NCBI GenBank assembly: GCA_019358915.1
Contig: JAHHIM010000004.1
Location: 1-64,000, forward strand
Direction: 5' to 3'
Length of the DNA: 64,000 nt
Source: Trichormus sp. ATA11-4-KO1
GTDB lineage: Bacteria; Cyanobacteriota; Cyanobacteriia; Cyanobacteriales; Nostocaceae
Positions within the stretch are counted from its first letter, which is position 1. Each line of letters opens with the position of its first letter. The notes beneath the pieces were generated by a model. The model was not told where the DNA came from and searched no databases. It was given only the letters and a program-made list of their open reading frames with translations. Both the position numbers and the translations under genes were made by a program. Positions 19,805 through 29,986 of this stretch are shown here, in pieces.

Positions 19805-20698
19805 ATGAACCCCGAAATTGCCCTTCATTTATACTCATTACTTTGGCAAGAGTACACCGCCAGAGTTAGTTATGCCCGCACATACCAACAAATGATTACC
19901 TCTGCGGGTGGAACTGTTGCCAACGACCATATCGCCTTTCGGTCTTTGCGTCTATTTGTCGATAGCCCCCAAGGTCAAATTAACTTGGGTATTGACTACC
20001 TAGGTCAACTAGCTGAAGCCTTGGGTTACGTGATAGGTGGAGAATACAATTTTGTAGACACTCATCTTTACGCCCGTTACTATCATCATCCTCAGCAAGC
20101 AGAATTCAACTTACCCAAGTTATTTATTAGTGAGTTAGTTGTAAATGAATTGCCTGCTAATATTACCCAACTAATTCAGCAAACAGTAGTTAATGCAACA
20201 TCAAATCTGCTAAATCCTTTCTCTACCAGCATCAAAGAATTATCTGCCCCACAACTCCAAAAAATCTTTACTCGCCCTTGGCAACCCCCCCGGCGTTCAG
20301 TTGTAGAAGCAGTTAATCAAGTAAGTCAATATGGTGCTTGGGTGCTATTGCATGGTTACGCTGTGAATCACTTTACAGGTTATGTTAACCACCAAAACAC
20401 AGATGCATACCCAGATATAGATACCACAGCCCGTGGTTTAGCTAATTTAGGTGTACCCATGAAACCAGAAATAGAAGGTAATATTACTTGTGGTTTGCGT
20501 CAAACAGCAACTCAAGCAGTCACAGAGATGGTAACAGTACTAGATGATGCCAGTAATACAGAAATCCAAATTCCCTGGACTTATGCCTATTATGAAATTG
20601 CCCAGCGCTACATGGTAGAAGCAGATGGAAAGCCAGCGCTTTTTGATGCTTTCTTAGGAAAGAATGCCCAACAATTATTTGAAATGACTCGACGGTAA
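19805..20698 (+). CDS. DUF1338 protein (HglS/YdcJ-like 2-oxoadipate dioxygenase/decarboxylase family)
   Basis: NDHIAFRS, PKLFISEL, SQYGAW...NHFT, LRQTA, YYE metal-ligand pattern. Confidence 0.8.
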   Translation: MNPEIALHLYSLLWQEYTARVSYARTYQQMITSAGGTVANDHIAFRSLRLFVDSPQGQINLGIDYLGQLAEALGYVIGGEYNFVDTHLYARYYHHPQQAEFNLPKLFISELVVNELPANITQLIQQTVVNATSNLLNPFSTSIKELSAPQLQKIFTRPWQPPRRSVVEAVNQVSQYGAWVLLHGYAVNHFTGYVNHQNTDAYPDIDTTARGLANLGVPMKPEIEGNITCGLRQTATQAVTEMVTVLDDASNTEIQIPWTYAYYEIAQRYMVEADGKPALFDAFLGKNAQQLFEMTRR

Positions 20699-20888
20699 AG
20701 GCTACCCTTCCTCCACTTTTCTCAAATGTTACTCTGGGAAGAAAACATCCAAAAATTTAAGAAATTAACCTCACAATACTTTGAAACTTTCTTTTCTTAG
20801 TGTCTTCTTAGTTCTTTTTTATTCTCGGAGATGAGTTAAAATCCCGTATAGACCAGATTTCTGACAAATTAGAAATCCGGGCTAAAAA

Positions 20889-22781
20889 CTATGCAGATTT
20901 AAATTCTGTTTTTTCTACCTTGGCTTTAAGAGAAGCAAAATGCTTTCCACCTAACTCTATTTGCCCCTCGGCACATCCGGCTTTTAATCTTTCCACAAGA
21001 TACTCTAAATCATGAGCTATAAAATTTGTACCATGATCTGGCTCTATTAGACCAACCAATGAAACATTTTTCGTCGGTTGATTTGCCAAGCTAGAAATAC
21101 CCAAAAAATTGAATACCCCAGATTCATAAGTACCACAAGGGACTGAAGGGTTGTGAACTCCAACACAATATTCGTTCGGTTTAAACCAATCAAATGCTGG
21201 GTAGCCATGAAAATGAACAATTGGCGCACCATCTTTAATTAATTCTGGTGCATACAAAGCAGCTGCAAGACTAATAGCCAGCATCACATAGATATCATAA
21301 GAAGGTTTGATATCTCCTAAATCTGTATGAATATCCTGAGGTAATTCAAGATATAGCTTTTCTTTCAAACCGATTCTAATGACATCCCTAGCAATATTCA
21401 AGTCAGTCTTATTTGCTCCTGAACGAGAACTAACGAGCCAAATATCAGGGATTTGCTTAAATACATCCTCTCCTTTGATCTGAGTTTTCAGATAACGTCG
21501 ACCTTGTTCATTTTGACGTAGTTCGTTACTGCTAAATCTTGCAACAGCAGACAAGCTTTCCCATTCATGAGCCGTAATTTCTGGCGCACCAAAATATTGT
21601 GGAGGTTCAGCATAAGCTACAAAGCCATAAGAAACACCTGTTCTCCCATTTACGATGACATTGACAATATCTCTGTGAGACTTCCTTTTAATGACTTCAC
21701 TAAGTTTAAACCCAGGAGGAAATAGACCTGTTGATGCCAATTCTTGACCCAATTTCACCAACTTCTTAGCATAGCTAGATTTTTCTGGTTGATACTGCCC
21801 TAATTCAAATCTGTTCAATAAAAGTGGAGCAATTGGCACAAAAATTTTCGGAATTAGTGATTTTAGAACAAATTCTCCTAGTTCTTTTTTGGCAAAAATA
21901 GAGTCTGAAAGATTCATATTTAAAATAGAAATCTTATCAGGAGCAACTCCAATTACAATTTCCGAAAAAGTTCTAACTAGAGTATTCAACCCAATATTTA
22001 TCTTTTGCGTATATGGTGTTTCAGGATTAATGAAATCATGATCTATTTCAGTTAAAACTATTACCTGAGTATTAGTAGGATCTTGGATATATTTGGCTGC
22101 ATGGTCTTCAGCCCAACTACTAAGTCTGGCTATTTTCAAAACTGACATTTTTTGAGTTTTCAATATAAAATTGGAATAATATTTATACCAATTTTCGGCT
22201 AGAAAAATTCCTATTTTTTTGATACAAGAAGGAGGAATCTCTATATTAATAACAGCATTAATTTCGGACATAACTCCCATAAGGTAAAAAGTTTTTTTCC
22301 GGTTAATTATAGGTAATGAAATGTCATACCGAAACTCTGTAATTGCATCATTCCAAGGAATGATGTTGACACCATATTCCCTCATCTGATTTTCTAATTC
22401 TTGGCGGAATTTCAATATTTCTTGATTTTTATAGCTCTTAGGTACAGGTTTAAATGTAACTGTTAACTTTTGAGCCATCATTTTAGGGTCAATGACAGGG
22501 GGCTTATATTCCTTACTTTTTTGACCACAAAATCCTCCAATTAAACATCCAATAGTTTGTAGATTTAGCCCCTGACTCAGAGGTAAAAATGTAGGAACTT
22601 GAGTTTCAGTAATATTCATTTCGCGAATAAAAGATAGAATTTCTGTTTTGTAAGCCATGAGATTTGCCTGAACTTCTGGTGTAATAATTCCCTTGGGAGA
22701 ATGAATATTGAGTTTGTCATTATCAACCCAAAAATTAACACCTTGTTCCATGAGGTTGGTCACGATTTCTGATGCGTTCAT
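20889..22781 (-). CDS. TubC-type N-terminal docking domain fused to an unknown region and a class II aldolase-like C-terminal domain
   Basis: N-terminal GVNFWVDNDKLNIHSPKGIIT...YKTEIL; C-terminal SRSGANK, KPSYD, HFHG, PCGT, DHG. Confidence 0.65.
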   Translation of the reverse strand: MNASEIVTNLMEQGVNFWVDNDKLNIHSPKGIITPEVQANLMAYKTEILSFIREMNITETQVPTFLPLSQGLNLQTIGCLIGGFCGQKSKEYKPPVIDPKMMAQKLTVTFKPVPKSYKNQEILKFRQELENQMREYGVNIIPWNDAITEFRYDISLPIINRKKTFYLMGVMSEINAVINIEIPPSCIKKIGIFLAENWYKYYSNFILKTQKMSVLKIARLSSWAEDHAAKYIQDPTNTQVIVLTEIDHDFINPETPYTQKINIGLNTLVRTFSEIVIGVAPDKISILNMNLSDSIFAKKELGEFVLKSLIPKIFVPIAPLLLNRFELGQYQPEKSSYAKKLVKLGQELASTGLFPPGFKLSEVIKRKSHRDIVNVIVNGRTGVSYGFVAYAEPPQYFGAPEITAHEWESLSAVARFSSNELRQNEQGRRYLKTQIKGEDVFKQIPDIWLVSSRSGANKTDLNIARDVIRIGLKEKLYLELPQDIHTDLGDIKPSYDIYVMLAISLAAALYAPELIKDGAPIVHFHGYPAFDWFKPNEYCVGVHNPSVPCGTYESGVFNFLGISSLANQPTKNVSLVGLIEPDHGTNFIAHDLEYLVERLKAGCAEGQIELGGKHFASLKAKVEKTEFKSA

Positions 22782-22974
22782 ACTTTCAAAATTACCTAAT
22801 TGTTGTAAAGTTTTTGTTTGTTATTCTGTTAAAAATAGTGACATTTAGTAGTGCTGAGTTACCATTTCTTTGGCGTTTCCCCTTAGGAGAAGTTTGCCTG
22901 GAGGTCTCTCGCTCCTTGCTGAAATTACCGGAATGCCTTACCAATGCACTGTTTCCTCCGCACTTTTTTGGTGA

Positions 22975-23280
22975 TTAAATCTGAAATACCTCTGAATCTG
23001 AAGTTTCCAATTCTTCAACTAAACGCTTAGCTAGTAATGCAATGGTGGGATAATGCCACAGCAGCATAGGAGATAGCTTAAATCCCAGCAATTTCTCGGC
23101 TTTATTTGCTAGTAAAATAGCTTGTACTGAATCCAGTCCGTAGCTATCTAAAGGTTCTTTAACATCTATTTCATCGGGTTCAACACTCAACTGTTCAGCA
23201 ATGCAAGAGACTAGCCAAGCTTGAATTTCTTCTACGGTATAAGACTGATTAATGCTTGAATTGGGCATAGATTGATTCAT
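22975..23280 (-). CDS. Free-standing acyl carrier protein
   Basis: YGLDSV phosphopantetheine site, YPTI..LA; acidic tail ETSDSEVFQI. Confidence 0.92.
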   Translation of the reverse strand: MNQSMPNSSINQSYTVEEIQAWLVSCIAEQLSVEPDEIDVKEPLDSYGLDSVQAILLANKAEKLLGFKLSPMLLWHYPTIALLAKRLVEELETSDSEVFQI

Positions 23281-23438
23281 TTATTTACCTCTGGGATAAA
23301 AGTGACTAAATTCTACTGACAGTAGTAAAGTGATATTTAGACTTTCTAGATTTTAATAATGACAAAATGCAACTACTGTCCTTGTATACTTAGCAAAATA
23401 TGCTCATTTAGCTAAGGTATCAATAATATTTTCATAAG

Positions 23439-24788
23439 TTAAATATTTGTTAATTTCCTCTGAATTTTTAACTTACAAAGTTGATAAATTTGGTGCATAA
23501 AATTGTTTACAAGTTCTTCCATCGTATCGCGACTAATTGAAGGCTCAGAAAACACGAAGTTTAACAACATTTTTCCTTGAAAAGTTGAGGCATGGGTAAT
23601 AAACATACCTGCGTACAAAGCATGAGAGCCAACAAAACTGATTTCTTCTAGTGCAAATTCACCGTAAACGCTGGGAATATTGACTTTGCCGACATTAGAT
23701 ACAGATACTGTTGCAGTTACTTGCTGATGGTAAGTTAAATAAAAATTTATGAGATGTTTAGCAACTAAAATCATCTTAAATATATCACCATGTTTGATAC
23801 TAACTTCAACTCTTTGTTTCACCTCTCGTGCTAATTCCCAGAACGATTTATTTATTTGTATGCTATGAAATCCTACAATAGATGAACTCAGTACAGCCAT
23901 ATGCTCATTACTAATTTTCGGTTCTAAATGTCTCCGCAAATCAATATAAGATAGGCAGTTTACTCTAATATTTTTTTTATTATCTTTAGCTATTTCGCTT
24001 GCTACTGTAAACATCATGGCCGCACATAAAGCACTATTGACAGTTGTATTTTCCTGCCGACAACAATTAACGAATTGTTGGGTTAGCTCTTCGTTAAGTT
24101 GCTTATGAATAATATCGCAACTACGCTGTGCAATAGGTTTATACTTTTCAAAACCTAATGTTTTTGGTCGATTCCAGATTTTTTGCAACCCAAGTTGTAA
24201 CAAAAATAATGTGCTAACTATCTTACCTTTCAACCCTTTTGTCCATATAGGTAGTAGTTCCTCTACAGGTGGTAATGGAAGTAAACTAGTAACTGGGTTA
24301 ATGAGGTCACCAGAAACAATTTGCTGACAGTAAGTCAAGATTTCTGCATGAAGTTGGATGGATGATAACCCATCGCCTACGGCATGGTGTCCCGTGGTAA
24401 TCAGGTAATTTACACGGCTGTTACTCTGGAGATGAACCAGAACCGCTCGCATTAAACATTTACTACTATCAATTTCCTGATTCATCTCTTCACGAACGAC
24501 TTCTTGCCACTGCTCATCATCCGACTTTTTTACAACACGCAAAGCAATCTTTGCTGTTCTTTCAGTTTGAAAACCGAGACTATTTCCAGAACGAACAATC
24601 CGAGAATTAAGTCGCGGATGACGACGTTGAATCATGTCTAGAGCCGGTCTAAGAATATCTGCATTGAGGGGTCCTTTGATACGGCTAATAGTTACTATAT
24701 TCCAGGTTTTAGCACGCCTATTTAAGGTTTCCATCACCTGCTCAATACATCCCAGGTTTCTGTTATTAATCATATTTTCCTTCTCCAA
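23439..24788 (-). CDS. Stand-alone condensation-domain / PapA-like acyltransferase
   Basis: RHPRL, HHAVGDG (HHxxxDG), DLRR, SNVG. Confidence 0.88.
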   Translation of the reverse strand: MEKENMINNRNLGCIEQVMETLNRRAKTWNIVTISRIKGPLNADILRPALDMIQRRHPRLNSRIVRSGNSLGFQTERTAKIALRVVKKSDDEQWQEVVREEMNQEIDSSKCLMRAVLVHLQSNSRVNYLITTGHHAVGDGLSSIQLHAEILTYCQQIVSGDLINPVTSLLPLPPVEELLPIWTKGLKGKIVSTLFLLQLGLQKIWNRPKTLGFEKYKPIAQRSCDIIHKQLNEELTQQFVNCCRQENTTVNSALCAAMMFTVASEIAKDNKKNIRVNCLSYIDLRRHLEPKISNEHMAVLSSSIVGFHSIQINKSFWELAREVKQRVEVSIKHGDIFKMILVAKHLINFYLTYHQQVTATVSVSNVGKVNIPSVYGEFALEEISFVGSHALYAGMFITHASTFQGKMLLNFVFSEPSISRDTMEELVNNFMHQIYQLCKLKIQRKLTNI

Positions 24789-24895
24789 ATAATCCTCAGT
24801 TGGAACCTATTAAAAAACTCAAATCAACACTAACTTATGAGTTTTTAATTAAATTGTGCAATGAGATGCTGTAACGAATAAGCGCAATTTGAAGC

Positions 24896-26563
24896 TTAAA
24901 AATTCTTAGAAATCACTGGATGATATTGATGATAAAAATCGGGAAATTGTAAGCCTTGAATTTTCAAGCTTTGTAATCGATATAGAAATGCTGCCCCTGT
25001 CATAATATGATGTGCGACATCAACTACTTTACGATTATTTAAGTCTGCTAAATAGGAACCTTTGATCCAGTTATTGAAGCTGCCCATTGCGGGACCACAC
25101 CAAATTTGATAATCAATTTCCCGACCTTTTTCACCAGAGTTAGACCAACGAGAAGATAATCCAAGATACCAGCGAAAAATTAGCGCCATTTTCAACTTGG
25201 GATTTTTGGCTGCTTGGTTTAATTTATCGGGATTACGTTGAGATAGGTAATTAACTGTTTCCTGCCAAACCGCTTCTAGTCCAGTTCTGAAAACTTGTTT
25301 TTCTAGTTTCTCTCTTTCTGCAACAGGAATGTCTTCAATTGAATCATAGTTTTTGTATAACTCAAACAATTTTTGTGCCCGTAGCGGAAAAAGAGTTCCT
25401 CTTTTAAGAACTTGCAATTTTACTCCCATTTCAAACATATCTGCGGCTGGAGCCATCATCACATCAGCCATCTCTGCTTGAGCCAGTAATTCTTTAGTAT
25501 GTTGTGAAGTTCCAGCCTCAATACAGGATTGGTTAATAGAGCCAGTCACAACATAAGCAGCGCCCATCATAAAAGCACCTAAAGCTGATTGTGGAGTGGC
25601 AATTCCTCCGGCAACTCCAATTCTAACTGGTGTTGCGTAACTATATTTGCTTTGAATTTGGTCTCGTAATTCCAGAATGGATGGCAACAGACAAATCAGA
25701 GGACGATTATCTGTGTGACCACCAGAATCTGCTTCCACAGTAATATCATCAGCCATAGGAATTTTCTCGGCTAAAGTTGCCTGTGATTCACTGATGAGTC
25801 CTTGTTCTACTAATTGTTTCAGAATTTTAGTGGGAGCAGGTTGTAAAAATTTTGTGGCAACTTCTCTTCTAGAAACTTTGGCAATGACTTTATTTTTGAT
25901 TTCGATTTGATTGCCTGAATTCAAATTTAGCCCAGCAGCTCGGTAATAAACAATGTTGTCAGTCAAATCCAAGAAGGCAGATGCTTCTATTGTTCTAACT
26001 TGATACTTAAGATATAAGTCAACAACACCGCGTTCAACAGCAGGTTCACTAGGATTGTGGAGTAAGTTAAAAGCATAAGGGCCTTGAGGTAGGGCTTGCT
26101 GAATACGGTTAATGGCTGCTGCAACACGGGAAGGAGATAAACCCCCAGCACCAAATGAACTCAAAATTTTCTCTTTTCCGAGAGCAATTACTAGTTCTTC
26201 AGAAGCAATACCATGAGCCATTGCACCAGTGGTATAGGCATATTTCACGTTATGAAAATCTAGGAAATTGGGGTCACCTAGCTGTTGTATTTTCATAGAT
26301 GGAACTGCTATAAGCAGTTCCATCTGTCCTATTTTGCCATTATTAACATGAATCCAATGGCCTTCTTGGGTGACACCAATATGTCCTTGATATCTGATAA
26401 TATAGCAAGGTTTACTTAAGTTATTTAACTTGGCTTTAATACCCTCTTCATCAAAAGATACAGTATCTAAATCACCTTGCCAAACCTGATAAGGCATAAC
26501 ACAAAAATCTGATATTTTTAGGCGATTAGTATGTTGATTATTCAGAATATTATTTGTGATCAT
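24896..26563 (-). CDS. pfaD: PfaD/HglA-type FMN enoyl reductase
   Basis: GAMAHGIAS, EADSGGHTDNRP, MAPAADMFEMG, DYQIWCGPAMG. Confidence 0.93.
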   Translation of the reverse strand: MITNNILNNQHTNRLKISDFCVMPYQVWQGDLDTVSFDEEGIKAKLNNLSKPCYIIRYQGHIGVTQEGHWIHVNNGKIGQMELLIAVPSMKIQQLGDPNFLDFHNVKYAYTTGAMAHGIASEELVIALGKEKILSSFGAGGLSPSRVAAAINRIQQALPQGPYAFNLLHNPSEPAVERGVVDLYLKYQVRTIEASAFLDLTDNIVYYRAAGLNLNSGNQIEIKNKVIAKVSRREVATKFLQPAPTKILKQLVEQGLISESQATLAEKIPMADDITVEADSGGHTDNRPLICLLPSILELRDQIQSKYSYATPVRIGVAGGIATPQSALGAFMMGAAYVVTGSINQSCIEAGTSQHTKELLAQAEMADVMMAPAADMFEMGVKLQVLKRGTLFPLRAQKLFELYKNYDSIEDIPVAEREKLEKQVFRTGLEAVWQETVNYLSQRNPDKLNQAAKNPKLKMALIFRWYLGLSSRWSNSGEKGREIDYQIWCGPAMGSFNNWIKGSYLADLNNRKVVDVAHHIMTGAAFLYRLQSLKIQGLQFPDFYHQYHPVISKNF

Positions 26564-26613
26564 CAGAATTTTAGCCTTTTAATTACAAGAAATTTTTCTA
26601 GCGATCGCATCAC

Positions 26614-29600
26614 TTAATTACACTCATCAGTTAAGTTATTTGCCTCATCAAATAATTTGTGGTACAACGCTAGCTGTTGCTGAATTATGGCGCTGATTTG
26701 ATATAGTGATTCTTGTCGTGCCTGCAATAAAACACCGTGAGCTTTAGTCATTCGGGAAACATTCTCATTCAGTTTTTGATAGTAAAGACTACGTAAATTA
26801 GGTAGCTGATATTCGGGAGCAAAGCTGTCATCTTGCTCATCAGCAGATAATACGTCTGGATAACTTTCTTGCTCTGTAATTGAAATATTATCTGGTGATT
26901 TTTCTTGAGGTGTATTAATGCGATCGCGCAGCATAACTGTAGAAGATTTATGATGATCATTCAGACAAATATTTTCTGGTGAATTTTCGGTGATTAAGTT
27001 ACTCATAAAATCTTTTGCTTCACTTGTAATTAGGTTTTGACTTACAGAATATATTGGTTCTTCAAATTCACTAAATTCAAGTAGCTCATACTGCTGATTA
27101 ACTAATGAATTGGTAAATATATCTTGGTGAATTGCCGATTTTTGTTCATGCACAAATATATCATTACTTTTGTTACCACCTAAAGTGATAGTTTTCAGTA
27201 ATACTTGACTCTGCCCAGAACTTTCAGGCAAAGAAGCATACAGAGGCGATAAATCTATCTCAACTCGATGACTTAAAAGCTTCGCAAAAGCTCTGATAAT
27301 AGAAGTATGATCTTCTACGCCTCTTCTATTTAGAGATATGGCGACATGTTCTTTGTCTTGGAGAACTTTACTAATCCATCGTGAACAATTACTGCCAACA
27401 CCTACTTCGATAAATATTCTGAAGCCATCGTTGTAGACACGGTTTACTAACTGAGGAAAATTAAGTTCTTGGCAAAGAGTTTGGGCAATATTGTGACCAA
27501 TAGAATAACTGTCGAGGGTAATAGGTTGATATTCTGCTGCGGAATAAAAAATAGTTTCTGGCAGGTTTTGAATAGGTAAGGTGTTGATTTTAGCGAGTTC
27601 ATCATACTCAGAGCGCATTGGTTCACAATGAATTACATGATTGATGGGGGTATGGTAAGCATGACAGTTGAGAGTCTCAATCACTCGCTGACAAGCTTGT
27701 GTGTCACCAGCAATTACAACTTCTTCAGGCGTATTGATCAGAGTTATATAGACGCGCTTTTCTTGTTTGATAGCTTCCCTAATCTGGGAAAGTGGACACA
27801 AGAGAACATAGTTACTCCAAAACTTTTCATCTTGGTCATCCGGCTTGGCTGGTAATTTCCAATACTCACGCACGGCGTGTTTAGGTCCAGACAGTCGTGT
27901 TTTAAACAAAGGTGATGAATTTAAGCCTTCACTGCTGTGCTTAAAACCAGTCCAGACTCCCTGAGCAAACATCATACTAATTTCGCCCAGACTATATCCA
28001 AAAGCACAATTGGGTTTTACTTGAAAGTAATCTCTGAGAATTGCAGTCATGAATCCGGCAATACCCACTTCAGCTTCGAGCATTGTTAATGGATCATTAA
28101 TCAATTGCTGTTCTAATACTTCTAGTTGCTTTGTGGAGAGTTTTTTCAAGCTTCTAGGATAGAGAAGTTTCTCAATATTAGCAACACGGGTGTAAACACT
28201 CTTAATTACTAAGTCATCATAAATTTGCGGAAACAAGCGGAAAAGATTTCGCGCTATGCCAATATAAGAATTGAAAGAACCAGGGTAAACGAAGGCAACA
28301 TTATTTTGTTTACCTAGTGGTTTAGCTGTGAAATAGCTACCTACTGGCGTTTGCCAGTCTTTACCTGTTTTAAAAGCAACATTCACACCTGGGATAGCGC
28401 GCTGAATTTCCCGTGTTAATTCATCTTGATTGCGTCCGAGAATAGCTAGTGCGTAAGTTGCCTTTTGACGCTTTTGAAAAGCTGTAAAAGTTTGATTGGC
28501 AGCAACAGCCAGAGAAGGGCAATCAATGATAGTTTGTTGTAGAGCCTGAATCTGCTCTAATAAACTAGAGCGATCATCAGCTGCGATCGCAAATAGATAA
28601 TAAGGAATTTGCTGTAGATAGTTGTTGCCATAACGTTTCTGACCTGATTCCTCTGACAAAATTAAATGTGCATAACTCCCATCTACCTCCATACCGTTAA
28701 TAGCAGCAATTCTTTTAGTGGCTCCTGGTTCTAAAAACCAAGGTTTTGATTCACCGATGACGTAAAAGGGACTATCCTGCCAAATCTCTGGCATTTTGGG
28801 ACTAGACCACTGGGGAACACCGGGTAGATAGCGATGATATAGACAGAGTGCTGTTTTAATTAAACTAACCAACCCCGATACCGCATAGGTATGACCGATA
28901 TTAGCTTTGGCACTGCCAATAGCACAACTGAGATTTGGTTCATGAGTTCGGTAAGCCTGGAGCAAACCCTGAATTTCTGACTCATCTTGTGATTGAATAC
29001 CACTACCAATAACTTCTAAATAGTTAACATCTGTTGGTTTGATATCTGCCAACACAAACGCCTGTTGACAAGCTTGCGTTACCGTTTCCGCGTTGAGGGC
29101 GGTAGGAATTGAGTAAATTTGAGATTTGGGATTTTCTACAAGACTCAGGGCTTCAATTACTGCATAGATGCGACTGTTATCTTGTTTTGCTGTTTCGTGG
29201 AGCTTCAAAACCACAGCACCTGCACCCTCACCTATCATCCAGCCATTGACATTTTGGTCATAACTGAGAGTATTCACACCTGTGTTGATGGCTGACTTTT
29301 GATTTCGCAGTAAAACACTTGCACTATCTCCAGCTAGTTCAACTGCACCAACCAAAACAGCATCGACTTCTTTGATAGCAAGTAGCTTTTGTGCCAGATC
29401 CAAAGCTTTGAAAACAGAATTTTGTTCAGCAGTTAGTGTTAATGTCAGTCCAGCGAAATTCCACAATCTAGAAACATAATTAGCTAGTCTGTTTTCAATA
29501 TTTGGGTAATCAAATTGCGTACTTCCCTGAAATGTAGGAAAAGTAAGTTCTGTAGCACTAACAATGACCACTGCAATTCTTGACCCTGGATGAAGACCCG

Positions 29601-29940
29601 CATCTTGCAAAGCATTATCAGCCACCTGAAGCATCAAAAGTTCTTGAGGATTAAATTTGTCCACTACCTCTGGTGGAATTTGTAATCGTAAAGCATCAAT
29701 TGTAAATTCTTTGATATATGCTCCTAATGGTGATTTACCACTGGTAAAACCATATTGAGTAAGTAAATGCTCTTGTTTTTCTATTCCTTGCCATCGCTGC
29801 TCAGGCAGAGAAATAAAGTGTTGAGTTCCTTCATAAATACTATTTTCAAAACTAGCTAATCCGTTACAGTCACCACCTAAATAGCAATCCATACCTACAA
29901 TCGCTATTTTTGGTACTTTATTTTCTGGGTTCTTTTCCAT
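26614..29940 (-). CDS. HglC/PfaB-like protein: inactive KS (chain length factor) plus AT
   Basis: KS fold with TAEQNS (no Cys) and EVIGSG (no HGTG); AT with GYSLG. Confidence 0.85.
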   Translation of the reverse strand: MEKNPENKVPKIAIVGMDCYLGGDCNGLASFENSIYEGTQHFISLPEQRWQGIEKQEHLLTQYGFTSGKSPLGAYIKEFTIDALRLQIPPEVVDKFNPQELLMLQVADNALQDAGLHPGSRIAVVIVSATELTFPTFQGSTQFDYPNIENRLANYVSRLWNFAGLTLTLTAEQNSVFKALDLAQKLLAIKEVDAVLVGAVELAGDSASVLLRNQKSAINTGVNTLSYDQNVNGWMIGEGAGAVVLKLHETAKQDNSRIYAVIEALSLVENPKSQIYSIPTALNAETVTQACQQAFVLADIKPTDVNYLEVIGSGIQSQDESEIQGLLQAYRTHEPNLSCAIGSAKANIGHTYAVSGLVSLIKTALCLYHRYLPGVPQWSSPKMPEIWQDSPFYVIGESKPWFLEPGATKRIAAINGMEVDGSYAHLILSEESGQKRYGNNYLQQIPYYLFAIAADDRSSLLEQIQALQQTIIDCPSLAVAANQTFTAFQKRQKATYALAILGRNQDELTREIQRAIPGVNVAFKTGKDWQTPVGSYFTAKPLGKQNNVAFVYPGSFNSYIGIARNLFRLFPQIYDDLVIKSVYTRVANIEKLLYPRSLKKLSTKQLEVLEQQLINDPLTMLEAEVGIAGFMTAILRDYFQVKPNCAFGYSLGEISMMFAQGVWTGFKHSSEGLNSSPLFKTRLSGPKHAVREYWKLPAKPDDQDEKFWSNYVLLCPLSQIREAIKQEKRVYITLINTPEEVVIAGDTQACQRVIETLNCHAYHTPINHVIHCEPMRSEYDELAKINTLPIQNLPETIFYSAAEYQPITLDSYSIGHNIAQTLCQELNFPQLVNRVYNDGFRIFIEVGVGSNCSRWISKVLQDKEHVAISLNRRGVEDHTSIIRAFAKLLSHRVEIDLSPLYASLPESSGQSQVLLKTITLGGNKSNDIFVHEQKSAIHQDIFTNSLVNQQYELLEFSEFEEPIYSVSQNLITSEAKDFMSNLITENSPENICLNDHHKSSTVMLRDRINTPQEKSPDNISITEQESYPDVLSADEQDDSFAPEYQLPNLRSLYYQKLNENVSRMTKAHGVLLQARQESLYQISAIIQQQLALYHKLFDEANNLTDECN

Positions 29941-29986
29941 GATGCACCTTCTAAAACTGTGGGGTATTTTTTTGGCAGAGATATAT

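Noticed and set aside
22772..22978. 68-aa plus-strand ORF inside the PKS operon
   Set aside because: It is antisense to the operon and overlaps a degenerate dispersed repeat; there is no recognisable motif.
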